A stretch of DNA of 60,678 nt, filler included, from Sphacelaria rigidula (Eukaryota), in the NCBI GenBank assembly GCA_964200075.2. It is 7 parts of 7 records of this genome, joined end to end, with 100 filler letters (N's around TTAATTAATTAA, not from the genome) between each part and the next. Parts side by side here need not be neighbours in the genome. Positions count along the whole stretch, not along the records: positions 43,415 to 51,996 come from CAXNAA020010705.1; positions 52,097 to 60,678 come from CAXNAA020010706.1; 5 more parts are not named here. The stretch is one strand, 5' to 3'. The first letter of the stretch is position 1. Every line of letters begins with the position of its first letter. Position numbers and translations under genes: made by a program. Under the pieces are notes generated by a model. That model saw only the letters and a list, made by a program, of their open reading frames with translations, was not told the origin of the DNA and made no database searches. Shown one piece after another: positions 46,923-57,670 of the stretch.

Positions 46923-49654
46923 GTGAACTCGAAAAACTCGCGTGGGAAATCGTGCGCGCGTGCGTTGACGTGTACACATGTACGCGGAACCCTCTAACAA
47001 CTTGATTATAGTGTGCCATCAACCTTCATCCTGTGCGTGCAGGCTTGCATCGACCGTGTTGGGATGAGCTTTTCGAGTTACGGCACGAAAATTTGTGCAA
47101 ACGTTCCTTCAACTCCCTCTGGACGACTCAAGTTGGAAGTGTTATTTTGACGCAATCCGCACCGGGCTTCTGGAGGCTTCACGCTGGGACCCCCGCAAGC
47201 CGGTAGTGGAGAGCAGGTGAACTTTGAAATATAATCAATTTCTTTTTGCCCCATTTGGAGCACCTAAATCTATCAAACTGCCAAGTACGGGGATGATCAG
47301 AGCTCTTCTACGACAGGTATAAGGGAAACCGCCACGAGGCTTTCTGGCTCTTTGATGCATACTCTCAGTGGAAATCCAACGGCAACGAGACCCCACATCA
47401 CCGAAAAACAATGTTTTGGGGTATAACTCGATTCCATAGAGTCTACACCACTTTTCCAAATCTCTTTTTTTTCGGTAGATTCCCTAGCTGATGGTGGTAA
47501 CTACGATTTGATGAATGATGGCGTTCGATACAATCTGTGTCGGGAGTTCGCGTTTGTAATTTCAGAACAATGTGAAGGCCCCTAGTTGGCCGAGATTTTT
47601 TTCACTGTTAACACCAGGGTCACGACAAAGAATGCAAGATTAAATCTGGTCATGTCACATTGTTCGCTTGGTCGTGGTGGTCACTATGATACCAAATATG
47701 TTTCTATCGGGCCAGTGTTGCGTTCTGTATCTAGTCGGAAATACATTTCGGACACTCACCGTGAACCAGCCTGTACCGTTGCCAGCTTGTATCCCTGTCA
47801 CACCGCCTCCTGGGACCCCGGATATCTGGCGAGAAAAGACAATAATAAAACCCCTTCATACAGAGTTTTGAACTACCCCAGAGTGCACGTGTGCAAAAAT
47901 TCAGGGTCTAACTAAAAAGAACTACGGGGAAAATCGCCGGGCAGTACATTTTGGCCGTTCGCCCTGTATCAGCCTATACGTGGTGAAATTATGTACAGTA
48001 ATATCTCGTCGTACCAGGTGAAAAAACTCTCGGTGAATCCGGGTAGACAACACGTTGTTATCTGGCAATCCTGTTTCTGCGGTTGCAGGGGGTAACCGAA
48101 TGCCATTTTATTGTAGTCATACGTACAATACATGGGAGGGGGCGAACCAACGGGAAGCGCGGCAGTAGCTGTTTTGGGCATACGTCTTGAAGCCTAGCCC
48201 CTGACCCTGTTCCAGGCGCTGCGACCAGAGTATTGTCAAAAAAGATGCTCAGCCCCGACACATCGCATTTTTATGACATGAAAATAGCCAAAACCGTTTA
48301 TTTTTTCTTCGACTCAATCCCCCTGGATCGCGTGGATTCATTCCTCTTGCACCGCGATCGCCAACTGTGTATGTTCGCAACGCTGATCGAATGCATCCTT
48401 GTGCCTTGATTTTGGTTGGAGGTGACGTCTTCACCAGCGAAGTTGTTTTCGCTCAGCTCAGCGCTGTAGGGGTACAGAATAGGTAAACATGAACTTGGAT
48501 ATGCACGCCATGTCGGCGAGCGGGCAGATGACGGCGGCGGCGGAAAGTGAGGTGCTAACCACGGCAAAGAGGGGACGGATTAGCGGAAGAAGTGCGGAAG
48601 GTAATTGCGGAGTCAACGACAACGATAGCAGGAGCGGTCCGAGCTCCGCAAGGGGAAGCGGAAGCGGCGTCGGAGATGGCCGGCAGCGGAGAGGAGACAA
48701 CGGGATCGGTGCCAGCGCAGGAACGGTAGTACCCAAAGTGATAATATCGGCGCTGCCGGCGGCCGCGGCGAAACAAAGTAGATGGGGACGCTAGTAGTAG
48801 AGGGAGTGGCAGTAGAGAAGAAGTCTCAACATCGCGGCTGGAGAGGAGTTCGCCGTCGGAACGAGAACAGGGGGAGGCGTCACGACCGGCGCGGGTGGTG
48901 GCGATGGAGGAGCCGGTGTTGGCAATAGGGCACGAGGGTGAGGAGGGGATAGATGGCCGAGGACCGGCCGGTCGCCCCGCGGCAGACAGGGCGACGGGGG
49001 AACCAAAGGATACGGACTGCTGAGACCAGGCAACCTCGACGGGGGAGGGGGCAGTCACTCCCGCTGGGCCGCAGCACCTACGTCTCCCGTCGGTGCAGAT
49101 GGTCGGGCGGGTGGCCCCGAGACTCCGGCACCGAGGGGGTGGGAGTGGTACAGGCGACGTGCGTCATGATGGACTCCCGAGGCTTGTCTTGCACAGGGCT
49201 AGGTGCGCCATTTGCGAGCAGGAGATGGTACATCGTGTCCGGACCATGGGGTAATCATATGCACATGATCTGCACGCGGGGTTTACACTCAACATCTTCG
49301 ATCGCTCGCCGGCGCCGGGTCCACTCTCCTGCCCCCCCCTCGACAAACTGTGGAGTGGGGTATGACCGACAGCCAGTATTGAAACCCATAGTGCCAGGGT
49401 ATTCAGCCGCCTCAAGAGGGTGAGAGCCCCTGGGGTGGTACGCGGCGGCGAGGCTCCCGAAGTCAAACCGGACCGTTTCATCGCCTAGGACTAAGGCAGC
49501 GCCGGCATGGGGGGAACCCTGTACCCCCTCTTCACTGCCGACTTCAAACAAGGGCTCGCAGCCGTGGTCGATGTGAAATACGGGCTTCAGCATCGGCTTA
49601 CGCATATTTTCTTACACTGTGTAGACTGTCTCGTGTACGAGGTAGGCAGGCACC

Positions 49655-49960
49655 GACTGCGTGGCTCAGTGTTGATTACGACGTCTTAACAGAAGTTAGT
49701 CCCAGTGCGCGTCCAAGCTATTGAGCCCATGGATCGAGCTCCCGTTTCATCTCCGGGTTAGCATCTCTGTAATCAACGTTGCTACTGGATAAGATTTGTT
49801 ATGCTTATTCTGGCCTGGTGCGTTTGCACAAGGTCACCGCGGTGTGCTCTTATTCATTTCTTCATCACGAAGGAGTAGGTCAAGAGCGATCATGGGTAGG
49901 ATCCCGGGGCTAGCCTTTGTTAAGGTTTTGACAACCACCACTGATCGTATCAGTCAGCAT
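49655..49960 (+). mobile_element. Putative tRNA-derived SINE, family C; second diverged copy at ~51274-51590
   Basis: A-box-like TGGCTCAGTG and B-box-like GGATCGAGCTCC. Both copies share acagaagtt.gtccc.gtg...tccaagctattgagcc...caagagc...ctagc.tttgttaa. Confidence 0.5.
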
Positions 49961-50199
49961 TGACTGAGTGGAATAGTGGTGGTTGTGTGACATCTCGAAG
50001 AGCGTGGAGGAGGGAACGAAATCCCTCTTTGATCACGATTATCTTTTGACTGGGTTGACGCGCCCGATGAACCTCAGGTGATACCATGAAGGGTATTGTT
50101 CCGAACAAAAATTGACCTTGGCGGAAAAGCAGCCCAGCTCAAGACCAGCATTGTGGATCAAGGGTTCCACGATTTGGACACCGGAATCGACAGGGCAGC

Positions 50200-51210
50200 A
50201 CCAGCCGCTCCTCTAGAGTCTGTTTATGCTGGCTGTCACCAACGCGGGACGCAACGGATTCAGTTCTACGAATGTACAAGATCAAGGCTGCTCTCCTTCA
50301 GGCACGCACGAGCGAGGATGGTCAACTTTGCTCCCTGAAGGATCCCAGTGCTCAAGAACGCAAATGGTCGAAGTCTGGAAACTCAAAAGCTTGCGTCTGC
50401 GGTATACGTCTTTTCCCTCCTGGGTGGGGGACACGCGACTACTCATATATTTCGGATTGCCTTCGGGTTTATTTCCAGCGGTACTGACCCTTGTGTTTTC
50501 AGTGTGGACGATGCGAGCGCTAGTTTTCTACTTTTCGTAGATCGTATCCTAATTAGTGGCAGCGACAAGGTGGAAATTAAAGGGATCCTTTACAAGCTCA
50601 AAAAACAAGTTTCAGACCGTGGACCGTGGAGAGGTGAATTTTCTACTTGGTATCCAAAACACCCAAGGCGATGACTACGGATCCGTCACGCTAGCGCAAG
50701 AGGCGTACGCGAAGCGGACTCTTATGGCGTACCGCATGAGCAACGCACGGGCGCAGAAGACGGCAGCTGAAGCTGACTGAATGATGAAGATACCTGAGAA
50801 GGATGTTCTTTCGCCAGAAGACGCGACATCCTCCCGTTTAGCTACTGGGGCTTTGCGCTACCTGAGCAGAGGCACAAGGCCTGATAAGACAAGTTCGGTC
50901 TTGGTGCTGGCGAGGAGCATGTCCAAGTTAAGACCGAAGGCCTTAGTGAGACCGAAGCGAGCCACGAGGTACTTGAAGAGGACGGTTAATCGCGGGGTAA
51001 GGTACAGCTCGGACCTCGGCTTCAGCGAAGAGATGAGTGAGTACGCAGATTCCGACTTTGCCGGATACCAACAAAAGGGATTCTTCACGACAGGCGCGGT
51101 CCTCTTTTCAGCAGGCGGACGAATGGACTGGGCTTGGGAGTTGCAGACAGTAGTAGCCACGAGGACAACTGAGGCGGGATACGTGGCCCTGTCTAAAGCT
51201 GGTCGCTTGA
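50200..51210 (+). mobile_element. Ty1/copia RT-RNaseH relic
   Basis: VWKLKSL, GF.SSGTDPCVF, LLFVDRILISG (YVDD equivalent), FLLGI, LAQEAY, TGALRYLSRGTRPD, RYLKRT, YADSDFAG, TTGAV, QTVVATRTTEAGYVAL. Many frameshifts. Confidence 0.9.
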
Positions 51211-51252
51211 TAATTTATTCGCCATCTAGCTCTTTAAAAGGTTTAACAGAAG

Positions 51253-51294
51253 CCGCTGATCCACTTAGTCAGCGCTGACTAAGTGGATCAGCGG
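51253..51294. repeat. Perfect 42-bp palindrome
   Basis: ccgctgatccacttagtcagc|gctgactaagtggatcagcgg. Confidence 0.95.
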
Positions 51295-52096
51295 TGATTG
51301 TTGCATCTTGACAGAAGTTTGTCCCCGTGTCCATCCAAGCTATTGAGCCTATAAGTCGGACTCCCGTTCTACCTCAGGATCGTCGCCCCTGCAATCAACG
51401 CTGCTACTACGTGGGGTTTATTATGCTTACACTGGCTTGGCGCGTTTGAACCGGGTGACCGTGGTCTGGTCTCCTTCATATCTTTATCGCAAAGGAAGAG
51501 GCCAAGAGCTATTTATGGGGAAAATGGAACCCCGGTACTAGCTTTTGTTAATATGTTACAATAACCACTGATTCACCAAGTCGGTTCTGATTGGACTCAG
51601 TGATGACTGCAAAACCTTAACAGGGACACACCTGCCTGTAGTCTGTGTTCAATATATATATATATATATGTGCGTGTATGTAGAAATTTAGTGTGGTGTA
51701 ATGATGTTTGATTTCTAGAGAGTTTCGGAAGCGCGTTTTCGCCTTCAGCGTAACGTTTGCCAGCGTGTATAACTCCTGAATTTGGCACTTCCGAAAACTC
51801 ACAGTATTTCTCCCAGAATTTTGAGTCCCGCATGCGTTTTTGTCTACACAAAAAGTTGTCGATAGTGTCAACTTCATGAGATGTGTACCCCGACAAGAGT
51901 CAAGCTGACAGAAAGCACGCGTTTCCGAAGCTTTTTATGAGAATGACGCGTAATAATCAGTTGTTGCGAGCAAACAACCCCCCCCCCCCACCACCCNNNN
52001 NNNNNNNNNNNNNNNNNNNNNNNNNNNNNNNNNNNNNNNNTTAATTAATTAANNNNNNNNNNNNNNNNNNNNNNNNNNNNNNNNNNNNNNNNNNNN

Positions 52097-52167
52097 TACC
52101 CTTTTCTATTACTTTGTTTATGTGCGCATCCCAAGAACAGTTTTTTGAGATCTCTACGCCAAGGTAT
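52097..52167 (-). mobile_element. LINE RT C-terminal fragment
   Basis: YLGVEISKNCSWDAHINKVIEKG. Its 5' junction abuts a C-run on the element strand. Confidence 0.75.
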
Positions 52168-52726
52168 GTGGGGGGGGGGGTGTCATTTCCCGGTATGGGG
52201 CCTTTGTGCCCAGCGTGCAGCTGCTTGACGCTTGACGATGTCTTCTGTCTGCCCGAGGAACAGCAGTTTGTTCCAATTTTCAAATTGGTTGTTGTCTCAG
52301 GCTATTCCAGATTCGGCATTAGATTCCTGTGACAGAAAACACTCGCGTTGTTTCCGGAATACTTTTCAAAAAACGAGGAGAACTTTTTGAAAAACTGCTC
52401 GAACCATGACGCCATTATATGGGGTACAGTGTAGTATACTCAAAACGATATTCTTTTGCAGTGGTGTATGGAGAACAGAATACTACCCTCAACACAAGAC
52501 AACACGGTAGTTCTGCACTGTATTCTAGTTTTTGAACCTGAAGATGGACTGTGTACAGTATGCATCAGGTTCTTTTGTTGCAAAATCACAGCGTCCGTAT
52601 TGATGCTTTATGTTACAGCTTGGTTACAGAGGGACAAACACAACAATACAGCACATCAAGCAACTCAGCGGAGACCAAACCGTCTTCGCAAGATGCAACA
52701 ACGGAGCACAAAACCTCCACACCCAG

Positions 52727-53248
52727 CCCTGAAAAAACACGCACAGACACCCACCGCTCACGCGCGTCGTTCGAGCGATATCTCATCATCTATACATGTT
52801 AGCCTTTGTTTGACGGACAACCGTCCAGTATTCGATGAAAGGCGACGCGTGCGTGCAACAAAAAACGGTAAAACTCCCAGTCCTCGCATACCCCTCCGGT
52901 TACTTGCGCCGATCAAAGGGTATGACTGCTAGAGTGATACCCTTTGGCGCCGATTGACGGGCTGTATTCAAATTCAAAACTTTGAACCCAGATCTGCACG
53001 TTCCACAAATCAATGTTTTAGTGTGATCGTTAGTCCAAGCAGGTCCAAGGTATGCTGCCGACCCTGAAAAAACACGCACAGACACCCACCACTGACGCGC
53101 GTCGTTCGAGCGATACCTCATCATCTATACAGGATAGCCTTTGTTTGACGGACAACCGTCCAGTATTCGATGAAAGGCGACGCGTGCGTGCAACAAAAAA
53201 CGGTAAAACTCCCAGTCCTCGCATAACCCTCCGGTTACTTGCGCCGAT
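52727..53248 (+). repeat. Near-identical ~187-bp direct repeats (52727-52913, 53062-53248) around a 148-bp spacer
   Basis: ccctgaaaaaacacgcacagacacccacc...ccctccggttacttgcgccgat occurs twice with a few substitutions. Confidence 0.9.
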
Positions 53249-56152
53249 TGACACAACAGAGTTTACCAGATGGTCGGAAAAAATGGTTGAAAATATTTTA
53301 TACTCGTTGTAGTGTTGCCCAGGGCGCTGGATCTCACCAAGTTTCAGGCGCAGCAGTCAAGATGAAACCGCCAATAGGTATCCCCGACAGAAGAAAGAAT
53401 CGATAACAACCAAGCTTTTGGATGGCAAGCTGGGACCGGCGCGGAAATCTGGGAAGAGTCAGATAGCTGATGAAATTAATGTCCGCACTACGAGAGCACT
53501 CGGTTGGTTCTGAACCAAAACAAAGTGGAACTCCGTCGGCCATTCTTGCTGTACTGATGGCGGCTGCTGCTTTACTGATTGTACAGTAGTACTTCGCACC
53601 ACCGCGGGCTCCCTACATTCGCCAGTGCGGCTCCATCCATGTGATGAGAGACACTGTAAAGCGTCGGTTAGCTGGCTGTGCCACATGAGCGGGTCATTGC
53701 CGATGACGTGTTACAGATATACAGTGTTGGCAGATCACAATCGATGCGCATCTCACTTGTTTCTGGCACCCACTCGCACCTACTCCACGGTGGTTTGTTC
53801 GAAACGATGCACGTCCCAGCACGTCTGGCATTTCCCAAACGAGTTGGGGGTATGTGCTATGCCGATGTTATTGTGCTTGGTATGCCTTATACACGCACAA
53901 GATCCCTTGCACATGCGCCGGGGTTTCTGATGCGACCGTGAAGGCACCATAGTCTGAAACACCGCCCAGCCTGTACATGATTTGCAACGCGATATACCAC
54001 CCTGGTAACGGTCAGCGTATGAGGAATGGGGAATGTCCAACGACATAAAAATGTAAATTTCTCCCGCCGCGGCGTCCCTACGTTCGCTGTTGCACCCTCG
54101 TCAGCGATGCCCTGACGCAATCCAAAGCATTTTCCAGCACGGTCGAACTGATGGTGGCACTAGCGCGTTTGCCTCGTTCGATGCCCACTGGCATTCCGGG
54201 AGACACGTTGTATGTGTACGTCAAGACGGATCTACAAGTAGTGGCCAGGGATAAGTCGGGAGAACCTAGCGGGAACTTGCCGAGCGACGACTCCGGTCTC
54301 AGCTCCGCATTCCTGCGCACCCTTGCGCACGTGGAACGACATCACTCGGACCAGAACGATAATGTCTGGAATTTGCGTGGTGCGATGCGCGAAAGAGTTG
54401 TATAAATGATGCCTTCTGCGCCGGATTCCTTGTAGGAAGCAGTCGTGCACACATTATATTATTCAAGGCTAGTATATTTGCGGTTCGTCCCCTGGGTCGC
54501 GCGATTTTTGAAATCTCAGGATCTATCAACTGCTGTATCGCGCAGGGCCATGTTTCTGTTGATCGTGCCGGCATTTGCCCGAGTTGTGGTGCAACACCGC
54601 ACCGTATCGTGCCGTACATCAGTACTGCAACTTGAAAACATAACAACCACCAAAAATATTCAAATGGCGACGGTAATGTGGCTTACAGGTGAGCATGGCG
54701 CTCAAAAATGTGGAAAAATGAAGTTTGAATCCACCACTGCACGCGTTTTTCCTGAGGGAGGTGTCCTCCCACACTCTTGTGCATGTGCAAATGTGTTTTC
54801 CTTTCCAGGAGATTTCCGCGGCATGGCTTGCGCGTCCGAGGGCAAAGGATAGTGCCAGCAAGAAGCAAGAGCGAGGTACAAAAACAAGATTATTTAGCCA
54901 CGGACCAAAGCTTACAATAGCCTTCGATGAACGACAACGCCATACGGTGCGCGGCGTCTGTGTTTTGTTGTGTTGCTCCAACGTTGCGAGTGAACATCAG
55001 TCCACGTCCCGCACATTTTCCCTTCTGAAGATGCTTTTTCGGCCATCGGTTTCTCGATTTGCACGTGAAGTATCGGCGGTTGATTCCCCACTTTTGAAAT
55101 CTCCAACCCTTTAAATGGGCACTCATAATTGGTACTCGATTTTCTCAAAATATTCTGGTGCCCTACTTCAAAAAGTTCATCTGACCCAATCAGCCATATT
55201 TCTCTAGTTTCGCAGTTTCAAGTACGCGATCATCGCTGGAGGCACCTGTGCTTTCTCCTGTCTTGCAATTCGTACTCAACAATTACCAGGTATGTCGTGC
55301 ATTTCAACTTTCCCGTCTCATCTGCAGCGAGATGTAGCCTCTTTTCCGGATACTTTGAACTTCAAAGAAAAAATGCTTGAACGATTGATGACTTCTATTA
55401 TATAGTTTCAAATTTTCCCCGCCCTGAATTGATTCGCACGCAACCATATATATAAAAAAATACAGGACGCACGACGAAGAAGCAAAAGGCGTTCAGCAGT
55501 GAAGTTGGGTATACAGTATGCTTTAAGCTCAAAGGCTGAGCCAGTCCCTAATGACGTCAGAGTACAACAACCGTTGTGCCGACACTGCCATTCCTACCGT
55601 TTAAGATTTCGATTTTCTGTCATTCCTGAATGCACTTGTCCCTTCACTCGGTAATTTACGACAACGAGTACATCCGTGTATGCACGTAATGCAGGACAGC
55701 TTATTTGTACCGAGGGTACACCGAGAACCGCGACTACCTCTATAGGGTACCGAGGATTCAGGTAGTCAAGACCCTAGTCGTCGACCCAGCACCGTACCGT
55801 GCCGCTGTTCCGGCGAAGCGCAGACGGTACTCACGAGCGGAACCAAAATGTTGACCTAACGCAACCTCATAATGTACTGTACAGGTACAACACACCGTGA
55901 ACCGCAGGGATACTCTGAAACTTGAGCGCTCCACCGTATCATTGTTCCCGGACAACCGCAACAGAGGACAACCGTAGAAAGCTAAGGAGGCGGCGCACGG
56001 TGCACATGCCGAGATACTTGCACCCCACACCGGTAGGTGTGACTGCGATCTAGTTCTGTGAGAGGTGAGTGGCAGAGAGAATTTTCGAGCGTTGGCTGCA
56101 GAAAGCCCCCCGATGGCGAACACTTTAAACATGTGCGCCGTATAGCATATTT

Positions 56153-56415
56153 GAGCAATGCTACGGTAGGGATGCACTTTTTCCGCGAAATTTTGTCTGG
56201 TTCAGGGGCTCCTAACGATGCTAGACGCACAAGAATACGGGTCAGGCAGGGCATCCCCGTTTGCAGATTTATTCGGGATATCCCCCCAGCACATTGGAAT
56301 AGTAGTCCTGGCGTACTCTCTCATATTTTTATAAGTCGTGTTTTGGATTAGATAAGGGGCTCCTAACAATTCTACTCTCAGAAATTTTTTCTGTACCCCT
56401 ACCGTAGCATCACTC
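56153..56415. mobile_element. GAG...CTC MITE copy 3 (Sola-like)
   Basis: Same TIRs and interior. 4-bp TSD attt/attt. Confidence 0.9.
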
Positions 56416-57344
56416 ATTTCTTTCTCTACACTCGACGTAACGCTGCCGCACCAGTGGTGATCAGTGCCTGACTTCAGTAGCTCCCTGAGGCACTCTGATT
56501 GTGTTGCAGTCGCCGCTGGGTATGCGAACCATTCGCGACGAGACTGATGGAGTACGGCACGAGCCCAGTCATGGCCATTAATAGAAAGGGCGAACAAGTT
56601 TGAGTGAATGCATGTGACATATCCAGAAACCACTACGCATATACATAGTACGGTACAATGTAGTGTGGAATATTCAGTTGTATTAATCTCAGGAGCTTGT
56701 TGAGCTTAGCTAATCCGAAGTTTTTCCTTCTCGCTGTTTCGGAGTAGAACGGAACAAGAGTAACTCTTATGGAATCCGTTCAAGATCAAAATCGCGCCCG
56801 CTTTCGAATTCAATGTGAAAAAAATCATCTTGGAGGACAAAATCAGTGACGATTTCGAACAATAGTGACGCTATCTTTTTTTTAATTTTGGTCAGCGGGC
56901 GGGTCTCCGATGAAACTGGGTACTCCATTTTTATCGGAAACCCGCCCCCTGATTAGAATTGAGGAGCTGATCAAAATCGGGTAGAGCTGAACAATGAAAC
57001 ATGTCATGCTTTTCTGTGGTGCGGCGCGGACGCAGTCACGCCGTCTCTCATGTGCTGTAACTGTCGATGTACTGTGGTGCGTTTAGAACTTGGGAACACA
57101 ATTTAGTCTCCGCTGAGAATGCCTACGCTGATATACCGTTGCGTTCCGCTCTGTACGAAGCAATTGTAGTCGGCGCGCGGTGCTCCCTTGCCAACGTTGG
57201 AATGTCATCGTCCGTTTTTTGGACGTTGTGTCGTTCGCAACGAACAAGGGGCTTGGTGTCCAGAACCATGAATCATGTGCTGTATGACACCGTAGTGGGG
57301 TTAGTTTGAACCCTGCGAAGGCGTCTTTATCTTTGTTTGTTTTT

Positions 57345-57670
57345 CCTGACACTTTGAACCCCTCCCCTTCCTCGGGATGAGTCCGCGGTCTCGAGGAATC
57401 AACCCATCTCTCCCCCGGTGTGTGTGTGTTGTCGTCCTATTAATTCTGTACGTGTCTTTAATTTTGGTCTCGCGGATTGGGTCAGCACTCCCGCACGACG
57501 TCAACTGACGTCACACAAACCCAGCCGACTACTTTGTTTAACGACGTTCTCACGCTTTCCACGGTGGAAATCATACGCTACGAAGAAAAACACTCAACGC
57601 AGCGGGAATCGAACCCCTGTTCTCTCCACCCTAATGGCGACAATCGGACCATAACACCACCGTGCCGCGG
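57345..57670 (-). mobile_element. tRNA-derived SINE-like element, family B
   Basis: Minus strand TGGTGTTATGG ... GGTTCGATTCC. Body is homologous to 17812-18110. Confidence 0.65.

Noticed and set aside
48440-49160. Gly/Ser/Arg-rich ORFs
   Set aside because: Low complexity and interrupted by stops; cannot be assigned.
49655-51590. Direct repeats flanking the copia relic read as its LTRs
   Set aside because: No TG...CA ends, PBS or PPT. The heads look tRNA-like, and the enclosed pol piece is only ~1 kb.
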